From: Candidatus Iainarchaeum sp.
Lineage (GTDB): Archaea; Iainarchaeota; Iainarchaeia; Iainarchaeales; VGJJ01
Reading direction: 5' to 3'
Assembly (NCBI GenBank): GCA_030688545.1
Contig: JAUYHT010000001.1
Span: 30,001-62,000 of the forward strand
Length of the DNA stretch: 32,000 bases
Below the pieces are notes generated by a model. The model worked only from the letters and a program-made list of their open reading frames with translations. It was not told the origin of the DNA and did not search any database. Position numbers and translations under genes: made by a program. Every line of letters starts with the position of its first letter. Position 1 is the first letter of the stretch. Positions 6,825 to 15,433 of this stretch are shown one piece after another.

Positions 6825-8278
6825 TCGATTCCCTGAGCCTTCTGCAGTTTCCCTGAATAATCCACATAGATGGTTTTGGTTTCAGAGAATTCGAGGATGC
6901 CTTCGATGCCGGCTTCGCGTGCGCCGTTTCCCGTCTGTTTGACCCCGCCAAATGGCAAGTGCACTTCGGCTCCAATGGTGGAGGCATTCACGTAGGTGAT
7001 GCCCGCTTCGATAGTATCAATGGCATGGAAGGCATTCGCCACATCATTCGTATAGATGCTACTGCTCAGCCCATATTTGATGCCATTGCACACGCGGATG
7101 GCTTCTTCCAGGTTCTTCACAGAGATGAGGCAGGTGATGGGACCGAATATCTCTTCCTGCGCAATGATGGCGTTCGGCTTGACATGGGTGAACAAGGTGG
7201 GTTCGAAGAAAAATCCCTTTCCGCCCATTCGTTTTCCTCCCATCACTAACTTCCCTTCCTTTTTTCCTATGGCGCAGTACCGTTCGCATTTCGTTACCGC
7301 AGACCCATTGATGAGCGGCCCCACATCCGTCTTCTTGTCTGTTCCCTCCCCCACGTGTAATCGTTTCATCTTTTGCACAATGAGCCGTTCCAGTTCCCCC
7401 ACAATTTTTTGGTGGGCAATGATGCGAGAGGCTGCCGTGCAGCGTTGTCCCGTGGTGCCGAACGCCCCCCAGATAATTCCTTCGGCGGCCAATTCCAAGT
7501 CCGCATCGTCCATGACGATAATGGCGTTCTTCCCCCCCAATTCCAATCCTATTTTTTTGATTCCGGCGTGTTGGGTGATCCATTTTCCTGTCTCTTGGCT
7601 TCCGGTGAATGATAGGCCCCGGATCCGGGGGTTTTCCACAATTTCCTTTCCCACATCCCCCGCGCTTCCCGTGACGAGATTCACCACCCCCTTGGGCACT
7701 CCGGCCTTTTCTATTATTTTAACCAGGTCGATGGCGCTTCGCGGGGTGTCGGAGGCGGGTTTGAACACGATCGTGTTTCCGCACACGAGCGCGGGCGCCA
7801 ATTTCCAAGATGGGATGGCCATGGGGAAATTCCAGGGGGTAATGATTCCCACCACCCCCACGGGTTTACGCACGGTGGCCGCGAACTTATGCTTGAGTTC
7901 GCTCGGAGTGGTATGCCCATACAACCTTCTCCCTTCACCCCCCATGTATTCGAAGATGTCTATGCTTTCTTGTACATCCCCCCGTGATTCGGTCAATACT
8001 TTTCCCATCTCCTCGCTCATGCGCCGCGCGAGGACTTCTTTTTCTTTCTTCATCAATCGGGAGATTTCAAACAAGTATTCGGCCCGCTTGGGGGCCGGGG
8101 TGCTTGCCCATCCCGGTAAAGCGGATTCCGCGGCGTAGATAGCAGCCAGCACGTCTTTCTTTTGGCTCGCTTGAAATGTCCCAATGGGTTTTTCTGTGGC
8201 GGGGTTCAATGATGGGAATGGGCGCCCCTTAGTGGAAGCCACCCATTTTCCCCCGATGAAGTTTAGGTATGCCGGCAT
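6821..8278 (-). CDS. NAD(P)-dependent aldehyde dehydrogenase (ALDH superfamily)
   Basis: 485 aa. It has the cofactor region FTGSQETGK, the catalytic Glu in LELGGKNA and the catalytic Cys in GTTGQRCTAASR. Substrate is not assignable from sequence alone. Confidence 0.9.
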   Translation of the reverse strand: MPAYLNFIGGKWVASTKGRPFPSLNPATEKPIGTFQASQKKDVLAAIYAAESALPGWASTPAPKRAEYLFEISRLMKKEKEVLARRMSEEMGKVLTESRGDVQESIDIFEYMGGEGRRLYGHTTPSELKHKFAATVRKPVGVVGIITPWNFPMAIPSWKLAPALVCGNTIVFKPASDTPRSAIDLVKIIEKAGVPKGVVNLVTGSAGDVGKEIVENPRIRGLSFTGSQETGKWITQHAGIKKIGLELGGKNAIIVMDDADLELAAEGIIWGAFGTTGQRCTAASRIIAHQKIVGELERLIVQKMKRLHVGEGTDKKTDVGPLINGSAVTKCERYCAIGKKEGKLVMGGKRMGGKGFFFEPTLFTHVKPNAIIAQEEIFGPITCLISVKNLEEAIRVCNGIKYGLSSSIYTNDVANAFHAIDTIEAGITYVNASTIGAEVHLPFGGVKQTGNGAREAGIEGILEFSETKTIYVDYSGKLQKAQGID

Positions 8279-8284
8279 GCGGAG

Positions 8285-8307
8285 GGGAAACTGTTTCCCT
8301 ATTTATA
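8285..8307 (-). promoter_or_regulatory. TATA box plus a perfect 7-bp-arm palindrome between the TATA box and the ALDH start codon
   Basis: On the minus strand, TATAAATA (8300-8307) is centred about 25 nt upstream of ATG 8278. GGGAAAC-T-GTTTCCC (8285-8299) fills the gap between them. Confidence 0.45.
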
Positions 8308-8313
8308 CCCGCC

Positions 8314-9156
8314 TCACGTGCGTACCATGATTTCTTCCGAGAACGTGCGTTTGCCCGTGCTCTGGTTGTGCGCGGCGATGCGATAGTAATAGGTCTGGCT
8401 GGGGGAGATACCATAATCAGTCCACGCCTCGGCGTTGGCCGGGCGCACGTCCCATATCCTGAATTGTCCTTGGTTCAATGCTTCGATTCCCCGCCATATC
8501 TCGAAGCGTGATTCTGCGGTGGAATTGTCGTTCCACCCTAATGTAATGGACCATGGGATGTTCTGCGCGGTGACACGTAATCCATCCGGGGGATTCAATC
8601 CATTGGGGATGGGGGAGTTCTCTAAAATAGTTACCACAGCCCGGGAGGGGGAAGCTGTCGTATACCCGTTTCCAGGGAGGATGGTCAATTGCACCTGTTC
8701 CTGGTGTTCGACTAAATCCGTGAACCCCGATCCCACGGTGGCGGTGTCTTTGATGGGGGCGATGATGACATCTGCGGATTGAAATCCACTGGGGATGATA
8801 ACATACCCGGTTTGGGGAACATAGTCAATGCCATCCCCATAATTATTGGCTGTGCCCGTCAAGGCGTAATCCACGCGTAATGGGGCCACGGTGCTTCCCC
8901 TTCGTACGACGGTGAATATTCCCACATTCGAGGAGATATTGCCGAACGCCCCTTCCTCACGCGTCACGTCATCCGTGGCGATAACCCCCACGCTATTCCC
9001 AGATGCGATGGCCGAGAGGTTGGCGGTGTTGGCCAATGACCCTAATGAGAATAGCAATGTGATCACCAGCAGGATCCCCAGGACGGCGCAGAAGAGCACG
9101 AGGGCATTGAAAAATAGGCTAGACTGATTCTTGGTGGGGTGGGAGTAGGATGGCAT
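8314..9156 (-). CDS. Membrane-anchored surface protein with Calx-beta-like and fibronectin type III-like domains
   Basis: 280 aa with an N-terminal TM anchor (LFFNALVLFCAVLGILLVITLLF). The Calx-beta-like stretch is LRVDYALTGTANNYGDGIDYVPQTGYVIIPSGFQSADVIIAPIKDT...VQLTI. The C-terminal FN3-like stretch is GLRVTAQNIPWSITLGWNDNSTAESRFEIWRG...YYYRIAAHN. Confidence 0.7.
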   Translation of the reverse strand: MPSYSHPTKNQSSLFFNALVLFCAVLGILLVITLLFSLGSLANTANLSAIASGNSVGVIATDDVTREEGAFGNISSNVGIFTVVRRGSTVAPLRVDYALTGTANNYGDGIDYVPQTGYVIIPSGFQSADVIIAPIKDTATVGSGFTDLVEHQEQVQLTILPGNGYTTASPSRAVVTILENSPIPNGLNPPDGLRVTAQNIPWSITLGWNDNSTAESRFEIWRGIEALNQGQFRIWDVRPANAEAWTDYGISPSQTYYYRIAAHNQSTGKRTFSEEIMVRT

Positions 9157-9241
9157 AGGCTCTTCACGCGCTTCATGGTTTTAAGGATACCATATCCCCA
9201 CCCCCCTCAAGTTATGTGTTTTTTCCCCCATTGCGCCCTCC

Positions 9242-9249
9242 TTTATAAA
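9242..9249 (+). promoter_or_regulatory. TATA box for the padR-suf operon (leaderless geometry)
   Basis: TTTATAAA is centred about 25 nt upstream of ATG 9271. Confidence 0.45.
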
Positions 9250-9270
9250 CAATAGGCCCAATTAAATAGT

Positions 9271-9651
9271 ATGCTTGTCGATATATCGTCCATCAGTATG
9301 CTTGAGCTTCAGGTCCTCTGGCACCTTTTCACCAGGGAAGCGCATGGATATGCCCTCATCCAGGATCTTTCCAAACACCGTTCGTCCCCCCTGACCCCCG
9401 GGACATTGTACCCTCTCCTGGCCCGCTTCGAGAAGCAGGGCCTCATCGCCGTGACAGCAACCGGGGAGCGGGAGAAGAAGGTGTATGCTTTAACCCATGA
9501 GGGGAAAAACCTCCTCGACAAACTATCCCATGAGTTCATCGAGACATTTGATGGGATTTATACCAAGTATCATTGTACCGCGTGTGCGCATTTTTTGCAT
9601 GATAAGGAAAGACTGGGCATCATGGAAGTTTCCCATAAGGTGGAGCATTAG
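9271..9651 (+). CDS. PadR-family winged-helix transcriptional regulator with a Cys/His-rich C-terminal tail
   Basis: 126 aa. The PadR-type wHTH is LQVLWHLFTREAHGYALIQDL...LTPGTLYPLLARFEKQGLI...KVYALTHEGK. The C-terminal tail is YTKYHCTACAHFLH. Its stop lies 2 nt before the sufB ATG. Confidence 0.75.
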   Translation: MLVDISSISMLELQVLWHLFTREAHGYALIQDLSKHRSSPLTPGTLYPLLARFEKQGLIAVTATGEREKKVYALTHEGKNLLDKLSHEFIETFDGIYTKYHCTACAHFLHDKERLGIMEVSHKVEH

Positions 9652-9653
9652 CT

Positions 9654-11102
9654 ATGTCTTCGAACACCCAAACAGTGGAGAGCAAAATAATTGAAGGGCG
9701 AGAGACGGCCAAAACATTAGTAGAATTGGATAGGGATGTTTTTGATCACGCGGATGAAGAGCGGCACATTTACAAGGCAAAACCAGGATTAAGCGAAGAG
9801 CTCGTGCGCGAAATTTCAAAGCAGAAAAACGAACCACAATGGGTGTTGGATATTAGACTAAAGGGCTTGCGTGCGTTTCAACAAACAGCTGTTCCAACTT
9901 GGGGTCCGGATTTATCGGCATTAAATTTTGATGAAATTATTTATTATGCCCGGCCTGATGCAAAAAGTGACAGTGAGAAATGGGATGAAGTTCCTGCCGA
10001 TATTAAAAAAACATTTGATCGCCTGGGCATTCCGAAAGCCGAACAAAAATATCTGGCTGGCGCGGGGGCGCAATATGATTCAAATGTAGTTTACCACAAC
10101 CTCCGTGAAGACTTGGCTAAAAAAGGAGTCATCTTCGAAGACATGGATGTAGCGCTGCAAAAATATCCCGAATTAGTCAAAAAATATTTCATGACGCGCT
10201 GCATCCCGGTCACCGACCATAAATTTATCATGCTCCATGCCGCGGTGTGGAGCGGGGGGAGTTTCATTTATGTTCCCAAGGGAGTGAAAGTCGATCTCCC
10301 CTTGCAGGCCTATTTCCGTATGAACGCTAAATCGGGTGGTCAGTTTGAACATACACTAATTATCGTTGAAGATGGGGCCGAGCTTCACTATATTGAAGGC
10401 TGTAGTGCCGCTTTATACTCTCCCAATTCCCTCCACGCGGGGTGTGTGGAAATCTATGTGGGAAAGAATGCCCGCATGCGGTATTCTTCCGTGGAGAACT
10501 GGTCCAAGAACACCTATAACCTCAACACCAAGCGCGCGGTCGTGGATGAGCATTCCCTCATGGAATGGGTTTCCGCCCAGACCGGGAGCGGGGTCACCAT
10601 GCTCTACCCCTGCTCCATCCTCAAAGGGGCGGATGCCAAAGCCGATCATATTTCCATCGCGGTCGCTGGAAAAAATCAACACCAGGATACGGGCGCAAAG
10701 GTCTACCATCTCGCCCCCCGCACCACTTCCATCATCCGTGCCAAATCCATTTCCAAGGATGGGGGCATCAGCGCCTTCCGTGGTCATGTGAAGGTGAACA
10801 AAGAGGCTGTGGATGCCAAGGTTTCTGTGAAGTGCGACGCGTTACAGATGGACGACGCCTCAGTTTCCAACACCTTTCCCTATCTCAAAATCCTCACCAG
10901 CGAGGTCGATGTGGCGCACGAAGCCACGGTAGGGAGGATTGACGCCGACCATCTGTTCTACTTGATGTCCCGCGGCCTGGATGAGGAGCAGGCGATGCAG
11001 CTCCTCGTGGCGGGATTCATCGAGACGATTGTGAAGGAGCTTCCTCTCGAGTATGCGGTGGAGCTAAATCGTCTCATCGCTTTGGAGATGGAATCCCATT
11101 AG
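9654..11102 (+). CDS. sufB: Fe-S cluster assembly scaffold protein SufB
   Basis: 482 aa. It has the typical SufB beta-helix core (HTLIIVEDGAELHYIEGCSA, VENWSKNTYNLNTKRA, GKNQHQDTGAKVYHLAPRT) and C-terminus (DEEQAMQLLVAGF). AGGTGGAG lies 8 nt upstream. Confidence 0.95.
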   Translation: MSSNTQTVESKIIEGRETAKTLVELDRDVFDHADEERHIYKAKPGLSEELVREISKQKNEPQWVLDIRLKGLRAFQQTAVPTWGPDLSALNFDEIIYYARPDAKSDSEKWDEVPADIKKTFDRLGIPKAEQKYLAGAGAQYDSNVVYHNLREDLAKKGVIFEDMDVALQKYPELVKKYFMTRCIPVTDHKFIMLHAAVWSGGSFIYVPKGVKVDLPLQAYFRMNAKSGGQFEHTLIIVEDGAELHYIEGCSAALYSPNSLHAGCVEIYVGKNARMRYSSVENWSKNTYNLNTKRAVVDEHSLMEWVSAQTGSGVTMLYPCSILKGADAKADHISIAVAGKNQHQDTGAKVYHLAPRTTSIIRAKSISKDGGISAFRGHVKVNKEAVDAKVSVKCDALQMDDASVSNTFPYLKILTSEVDVAHEATVGRIDADHLFYLMSRGLDEEQAMQLLVAGFIETIVKELPLEYAVELNRLIALEMESH

Positions 11103-11113
11103 GAGACATGATC

Positions 11114-12271
11114 ATGACTTCTTTCTCCATGCGTCAGCAGCAGGCCGCCAATGGTTTTTCCGCGCTCCCTTATCCCACTTTCACATATGGTTTGGACATT
11201 CGTTCCACTCTAGCGTTGCCGGTGGAAACCCATATGCGTGCTTCTTCTATCCCGCAAGAACCTTTGTTACATCCCCTTCCCGATGGAGCAATCTTTTGTG
11301 ACCTCCCCACCGCGATGCACACCCATTCCCACATCATCGAGCCCTACCTCGGCTCTCTGTTATCTTCCCAAAATAAATTCGAGGCCTTCCACTTATCGAT
11401 GATCAAAAATGGTTTTTTCCTCTACCTCCCCCCGCATGTGCAGGTGAAAGAACCCATCCTCATCCCCTCACTCCCGGACGCGGTGTCGCATCTTTTCATC
11501 TATGCCTCCCCCCATTCATCCGCCACTATTTTCCACCCCGAAAATGATGATGGCCAAAAATCTTTCCGGAGTTCAGCCGTGGAAATGGTCGCTGAGGAAG
11601 GGGCGCGTATCCATTATTCATCCCTCCAGGATTTTTCGGGGGTCGATCATCGTTTTTCTTTCAAACGGGCCCGCATAGGAAAGGATGCCAGCGTGGATTG
11701 GCATTGGGCCGAATTCGGTTCCGCCTTCACCAAACTGGATGTCATATCTTTTCTGGAAGGGGCGAACGCCTCCACCCAAAACATCGGTGTCTTCGTGGAG
11801 AAGGGCTCCCAATCCATGGATATTGATGCCCGCGCCTACCACCGCGCCCCCCACACCCACAGCCACCTCCTGGCCCGGGGGGTTTTGGATGATTATTCCA
11901 AGAACGTCTACAAGGGTCTCCTCAATATGCGTCCGGAAGCCCGCGGGGCGGTAGGGAATCAGAGGGTGGATGTCCTTCTCCTTTCCCCCCATGCGGAAGC
12001 CGATCCCGTTCCCGCGCTCGAAATAGAGGGGAGTGATGTGCGTTGCTCTCATGCCGCCACGGTGGGTCGCCTGGACAAGGAGCGTCTCTTCTACCTCGCC
12101 TCCCGCGGCCTGGACGAGGATGCGGCCCGTGCTCTTTACATCCGGGGTTTTCTAGAACATATTTTATCTCAATTCCCACACACTTTTTTCCATGCCGATT
12201 GCCAGCATATCATCGATTCCCGTCTCCACTTGCATCATCCCGCTCCTATTTCCCCAGAGGTCGTGGCATGA
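11114..12271 (+). CDS. sufD: Fe-S cluster assembly protein SufD
   Basis: The ORF track starts at 11108. ATG 11114 has better spacing (8 nt) from AGGAG at 11101-11105. The SufB/SufD family C-terminal region is VLLLSPHAEADPVPALEIEGSDVRCSHAATVGRLDKERLFYLASRGLDEDAARALYIRGF. The stop overlaps the sufS start (ATGA). Confidence 0.85.
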   Translation: MTSFSMRQQQAANGFSALPYPTFTYGLDIRSTLALPVETHMRASSIPQEPLLHPLPDGAIFCDLPTAMHTHSHIIEPYLGSLLSSQNKFEAFHLSMIKNGFFLYLPPHVQVKEPILIPSLPDAVSHLFIYASPHSSATIFHPENDDGQKSFRSSAVEMVAEEGARIHYSSLQDFSGVDHRFSFKRARIGKDASVDWHWAEFGSAFTKLDVISFLEGANASTQNIGVFVEKGSQSMDIDARAYHRAPHTHSHLLARGVLDDYSKNVYKGLLNMRPEARGAVGNQRVDVLLLSPHAEADPVPALEIEGSDVRCSHAATVGRLDKERLFYLASRGLDEDAARALYIRGFLEHILSQFPHTFFHADCQHIIDSRLHLHHPAPISPEVVA

Positions 12272-13494
12272 TCTCCCCTAAGATTAGGGACCAATTCCCT
12301 ATTCTCCAGAGAAGGATTCGGGATAACAAACCCCTGGTCTACCTAGACAATGCGGCCACCACCCAAAAACCGCGCGTGGTTATCGATGCCATGTCTGATT
12401 TCTACCTCCACCACAACGCCAATGTCCACCGTGGCATTCATCAACTCTCGGAGGAGGCTTCCATCCGCTATGAGGAAGCGCATCAGCACGTTGCCCATTT
12501 CATCAATGCCCCCCGCATGGAAAATATTGTTTTTACCCGAGGCACCACGGATTCGCTCAACATGCTCGCTCGCATGCTTTCTTCCCAAGTCAAACGCGGA
12601 GACTCCATCGTCGTATCTGGGTTGGAACACCATTCCAATCTCATCCCCTGGCAGCAGCTTGCGCGCGCTAAAAAGGCGAAACTCCGCATACTACCCATCG
12701 ACAAAAAGGATGGCACGCTCGATGAATCCGCATTTTCCCAATTAATCGATGACACAACCAAAATCGTTTCCATCGCTCATGCGTCCAATCTTTTGGGTAC
12801 AATTCTTCCCATCCAAAAAATAACTCAACGCGCCCATGACGTGGGGGCCTATGTCTCCCTTGATGCGGCCCAGAGCGTGGGCCATTTTCCCGTGGATGTT
12901 CATGCATTAGGGGTCGATTTCGCCTCTTTCTCATCCCACAAGATGTATGGTCCCACGGGAATTGGCGTGCTCTATGGCCAAAAGGAGCACCTGGAAACCC
13001 TTCCCCCCGTGTCATTCGGTGGGGAAATGGTGCGCGAGGTCACTTATGAAACCGCGACCTGGAATAATCTTCCTTGGCGCTTCGAGGCCGGCACGCCTCC
13101 CATTGCGGAGGCCATTGGTCTGGACGCGGCCGTGCAATTCCTATCCGATATTGGCATGGCCCCAATTCGTTCTCATGAAAAGGAGTTGGTGAAAACCCTC
13201 CTCGATGACTTGGCACAGATTCCAACCATCCAAACCTATGGACCATCTTCCTCCAAGCGGGTGGGGTTAGTGGCTTTCAACGTCGATGGGGTGCATCCTC
13301 ATGACCTGGCCTCCCTCTTGGACCACGATGGCATTGCCGTGCGCGCAGGTCACCATTGCGCTATGCCCCTCACCCGCGCCTTAGGTTTGTCATCCTCCGT
13401 CCGGGCGAGTCTGGGACTCTATTCCCAATCTTCCGATGTCGCTGCGCTCGTGCGCGGAGTGAAAAAAGCCCAAGGGATTTTCGCGAGGGGATGA
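12268..13494 (+). CDS. sufS: Cysteine desulfurase SufS (class V aminotransferase, group II)
   Basis: The true start is ATG 12268 (MISPKIRDQFPILQ...VYLDNAATTQKP), overlapping the sufD stop. The PLP lysine context is FSSHKMYGPTGIGVLY and the active-site Cys is in RAGHHCAMPL. The 12043 extension in the ORF track is only read-through of the sufD 3-prime end in another frame. Confidence 0.9.
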   Translation: MISPKIRDQFPILQRRIRDNKPLVYLDNAATTQKPRVVIDAMSDFYLHHNANVHRGIHQLSEEASIRYEEAHQHVAHFINAPRMENIVFTRGTTDSLNMLARMLSSQVKRGDSIVVSGLEHHSNLIPWQQLARAKKAKLRILPIDKKDGTLDESAFSQLIDDTTKIVSIAHASNLLGTILPIQKITQRAHDVGAYVSLDAAQSVGHFPVDVHALGVDFASFSSHKMYGPTGIGVLYGQKEHLETLPPVSFGGEMVREVTYETATWNNLPWRFEAGTPPIAEAIGLDAAVQFLSDIGMAPIRSHEKELVKTLLDDLAQIPTIQTYGPSSSKRVGLVAFNVDGVHPHDLASLLDHDGIAVRAGHHCAMPLTRALGLSSSVRASLGLYSQSSDVAALVRGVKKAQGIFARG

Positions 13495-13495
13495 A

Positions 13496-13918
13496 ATGAA
13501 TGGCGAGACCCTCGAAAAAGAGTTTGCAGGCGCCGGAATGTACCGCGAGCACATCCTGGATCATTACCAACATCCCCGCAACTTCGGGGCGCTCACGCGG
13601 TGCACCTTTTCCCACACTGAGTTGAATCCAGTCTGCGGGGACATGGTGTCCTTTACCTTGAAAATGGATGCGCATGGAAAAGTGGAAGATGTTCGTTTCT
13701 CCGGTCACGGGTGCGCCATCTCCATGGCTTCCGCTTCCCTTTTGTCTGACGAGGTGAAAGGCAAGACCATCCCCCAAATCAAACACATGGACAAGAAGGT
13801 TATCCTCGACCTGCTCGGCATCCCTTTAGGACCGGTGCGCTTGAAGTGCGCGATGCTGTCATTGGACACGGTTAAGAATGCCATCAAAATTGGTGAAGAA
13901 TATGGGGGGAGAAAATAG
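13496..13918 (+). CDS. sufU: SufU/IscU-type sulfur-transfer/scaffold protein
   Basis: 140 aa. It begins YREHILDHYQHPRNFG and has three conserved Cys: NPVCGD, GHGCAISMASASLL and RLKCAML. SMASAS and the Lys before the third Cys resemble SufU. However, the spacing between Cys 2 and Cys 3 (45 residues) is IscU-like and lacks the long SufU insertion. Confidence 0.8.
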   Translation: MNGETLEKEFAGAGMYREHILDHYQHPRNFGALTRCTFSHTELNPVCGDMVSFTLKMDAHGKVEDVRFSGHGCAISMASASLLSDEVKGKTIPQIKHMDKKVILDLLGIPLGPVRLKCAMLSLDTVKNAIKIGEEYGGRK

Positions 13919-13919
13919 C

Positions 13920-14666
13920 ATGGCCGATCTGGAAATCCGCGATCTGCATGTGAATGTGGGGGATAAAGAAATCCTCTCAGGCATATCCTTGGATATTAAC
14001 CGCGGGGAAATTGTCGCCCTCATGGGTCCGAATGGCTCGGGCAAGTCCACGCTGGCCTTTGCGCTCGCGGGCCACCCTAAATACACGATAACCAAAGGGA
14101 GCGTCCTATTCCTGGGCCAAAATCTCCTGGCTATGAAACCCCATCAACGCTCCCGTGCCGGGTTGTTCCTCTCCTTCCAGTATCCGGCGGAGATTTCAGG
14201 CGTCACGGTCTCCAATTTCCTCCGCACCGCCCTCAATACTCATCTTTCCCAACCCTTGAAGATTTCCGAGTTTGCCTTGCGTCTGAAAGAGAAGATTGCT
14301 TTGTTGAAGGTGGATCCCAAGCTCGTCAACCGCTATTTGAACGAAGGTTTTTCAGGGGGCGAGAAGAAGCGCATGGAAATATTGCAATTGGCCATGCTCC
14401 TCCCCAAGATGGCCGTGTTGGATGAAACGGATTCCGGCACGGATGTGGATGCATTGAAGATCATCGGCGAGGGCATCACCACCATTTCTAATAAAGAAGA
14501 CATGGGCATCCTCATCATCACCCACTATAACCGAATCCTTCATTATGTATCCCCCTCGCGCGTGCACATCATGCACCAGGGTAAAATAGTGAAATCTGGG
14601 GGAATGGATTTGGCACAGGCCATCGAGAAGGACGGTTTCGAAACCGTATTGAAGGAGGTTGTATAA
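13920..14666 (+). CDS. sufC: Fe-S cluster assembly ATPase SufC
   Basis: The true start is ATG 13920 (MADLEIRDLHV), 1 nt after the sufU stop. Motifs are Walker A GPNGSGKST, ABC signature FSGGEKKR and Walker B AVLDETDSG. Confidence 0.95.
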   Translation: MADLEIRDLHVNVGDKEILSGISLDINRGEIVALMGPNGSGKSTLAFALAGHPKYTITKGSVLFLGQNLLAMKPHQRSRAGLFLSFQYPAEISGVTVSNFLRTALNTHLSQPLKISEFALRLKEKIALLKVDPKLVNRYLNEGFSGGEKKRMEILQLAMLLPKMAVLDETDSGTDVDALKIIGEGITTISNKEDMGILIITHYNRILHYVSPSRVHIMHQGKIVKSGGMDLAQAIEKDGFETVLKEVV

Positions 14667-14667
14667 T

Positions 14668-15114
14668 ATGCCCGAGCACCAAAACCAACCGGAGAACCGT
14701 TCTCCCGATGCGGGGGACTCCCCCAATAATTTCCCGGAAACCCAGTCCGAAACCTCTCATGCATCCGTCGTCTCCCCTGGCCCCGCATCCACGCATCCTT
14801 TCGTGGATGCCACACCCACCGGAGACCCCCTCCTGGATGCCATCAAAAAGGCCTTATCCCAAGTCGAGGACCCCGAGTTGCACGTGGACATTTTGACCCT
14901 CGAATTGATCTACGATGTAAAAATCCATGACGGCCACGTGGACATCACTATGACTCTGACGTCCATCGCCTGCCCCTATGGTCCCATGCTCGTGGAGATG
15001 GTCCGCCAATCCGTATCCAAGGTTGAAGGGGTTAAGCAAGTGAACGTACAAGTCTCATTCGAACCCCCCTGGCAACCCTCCGAAGACCTGAAGGCGATGA
15101 TGGGGCTATTGTGA
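14668..15114 (+). CDS. DUF59 / SufT-like (MIP18 family) Fe-S assembly accessory protein with a disordered N-terminal extension
   Basis: ATG 14668 lies 9 nt after GGAGG (14654-14658) and 1 nt after the sufC stop. The DUF59 core is VEDPELHVDILTLELIY...ITMTLTSIACPYGPML. The N-terminal ~55 residues are low-complexity (P/S/T/N-rich). Confidence 0.8.
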   Translation: MPEHQNQPENRSPDAGDSPNNFPETQSETSHASVVSPGPASTHPFVDATPTGDPLLDAIKKALSQVEDPELHVDILTLELIYDVKIHDGHVDITMTLTSIACPYGPMLVEMVRQSVSKVEGVKQVNVQVSFEPPWQPSEDLKAMMGLL

Positions 15115-15361
15115 ACAAACTTTAGGGAGTATTAAGTGGTAAGAGAGAACTTTTTTTTAGGGGAATATAGTTAATGCAGGGCATCAACAAAAATAAACCC
15201 TTGTAAAAATTGATCCACTTCATTTCGGGATTATCAGAATCTCACGGACGTACTACGCTGGAGTGGAAATAATAAACTTCCCACAACAAAAGGCTCCCCG
15301 GCCCTCCTCCGAATTTCCAATCCCGCGACGTATCCCATCACCGCCGCCCGCCACAGCGGGT

Positions 15362-15433
15362 TTAGCAGAATTCGCAAATTTCGTCTTTGTTCTTTGCCTT
15401 TTTCTCGTCTTTGGCTTTTTTCTTATCGGGCAT
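15362..15433 (-). CDS. Candidate 23-aa Lys-rich micropeptide MPDKKKAKDEKKAKNKDEICEFC
   Basis: It is not in the ORF track because it is too short. GGAGGG lies 6-7 nt upstream of the ATG, and the hairpin CCCGCTGTGGCGGG begins 2 nt after the TAA. This is a prediction from sequence only. Confidence 0.25.
   Translation of the reverse strand: MPDKKKAKDEKKAKNKDEICEFC

Noticed and set aside
12043-12267. N-terminal extensions of track ORFs: sufS from 12043, sufC from 13878, malic enzyme from 15394, CBS protein from 22020, COG3323-like from 24013 and CMD to 26719.
   Set aside because: The extensions overlap the preceding gene or an intergenic promoter and translate to non-homologous sequence. Internal ATGs with SD sites or stop-start coupling give canonical N-termini.
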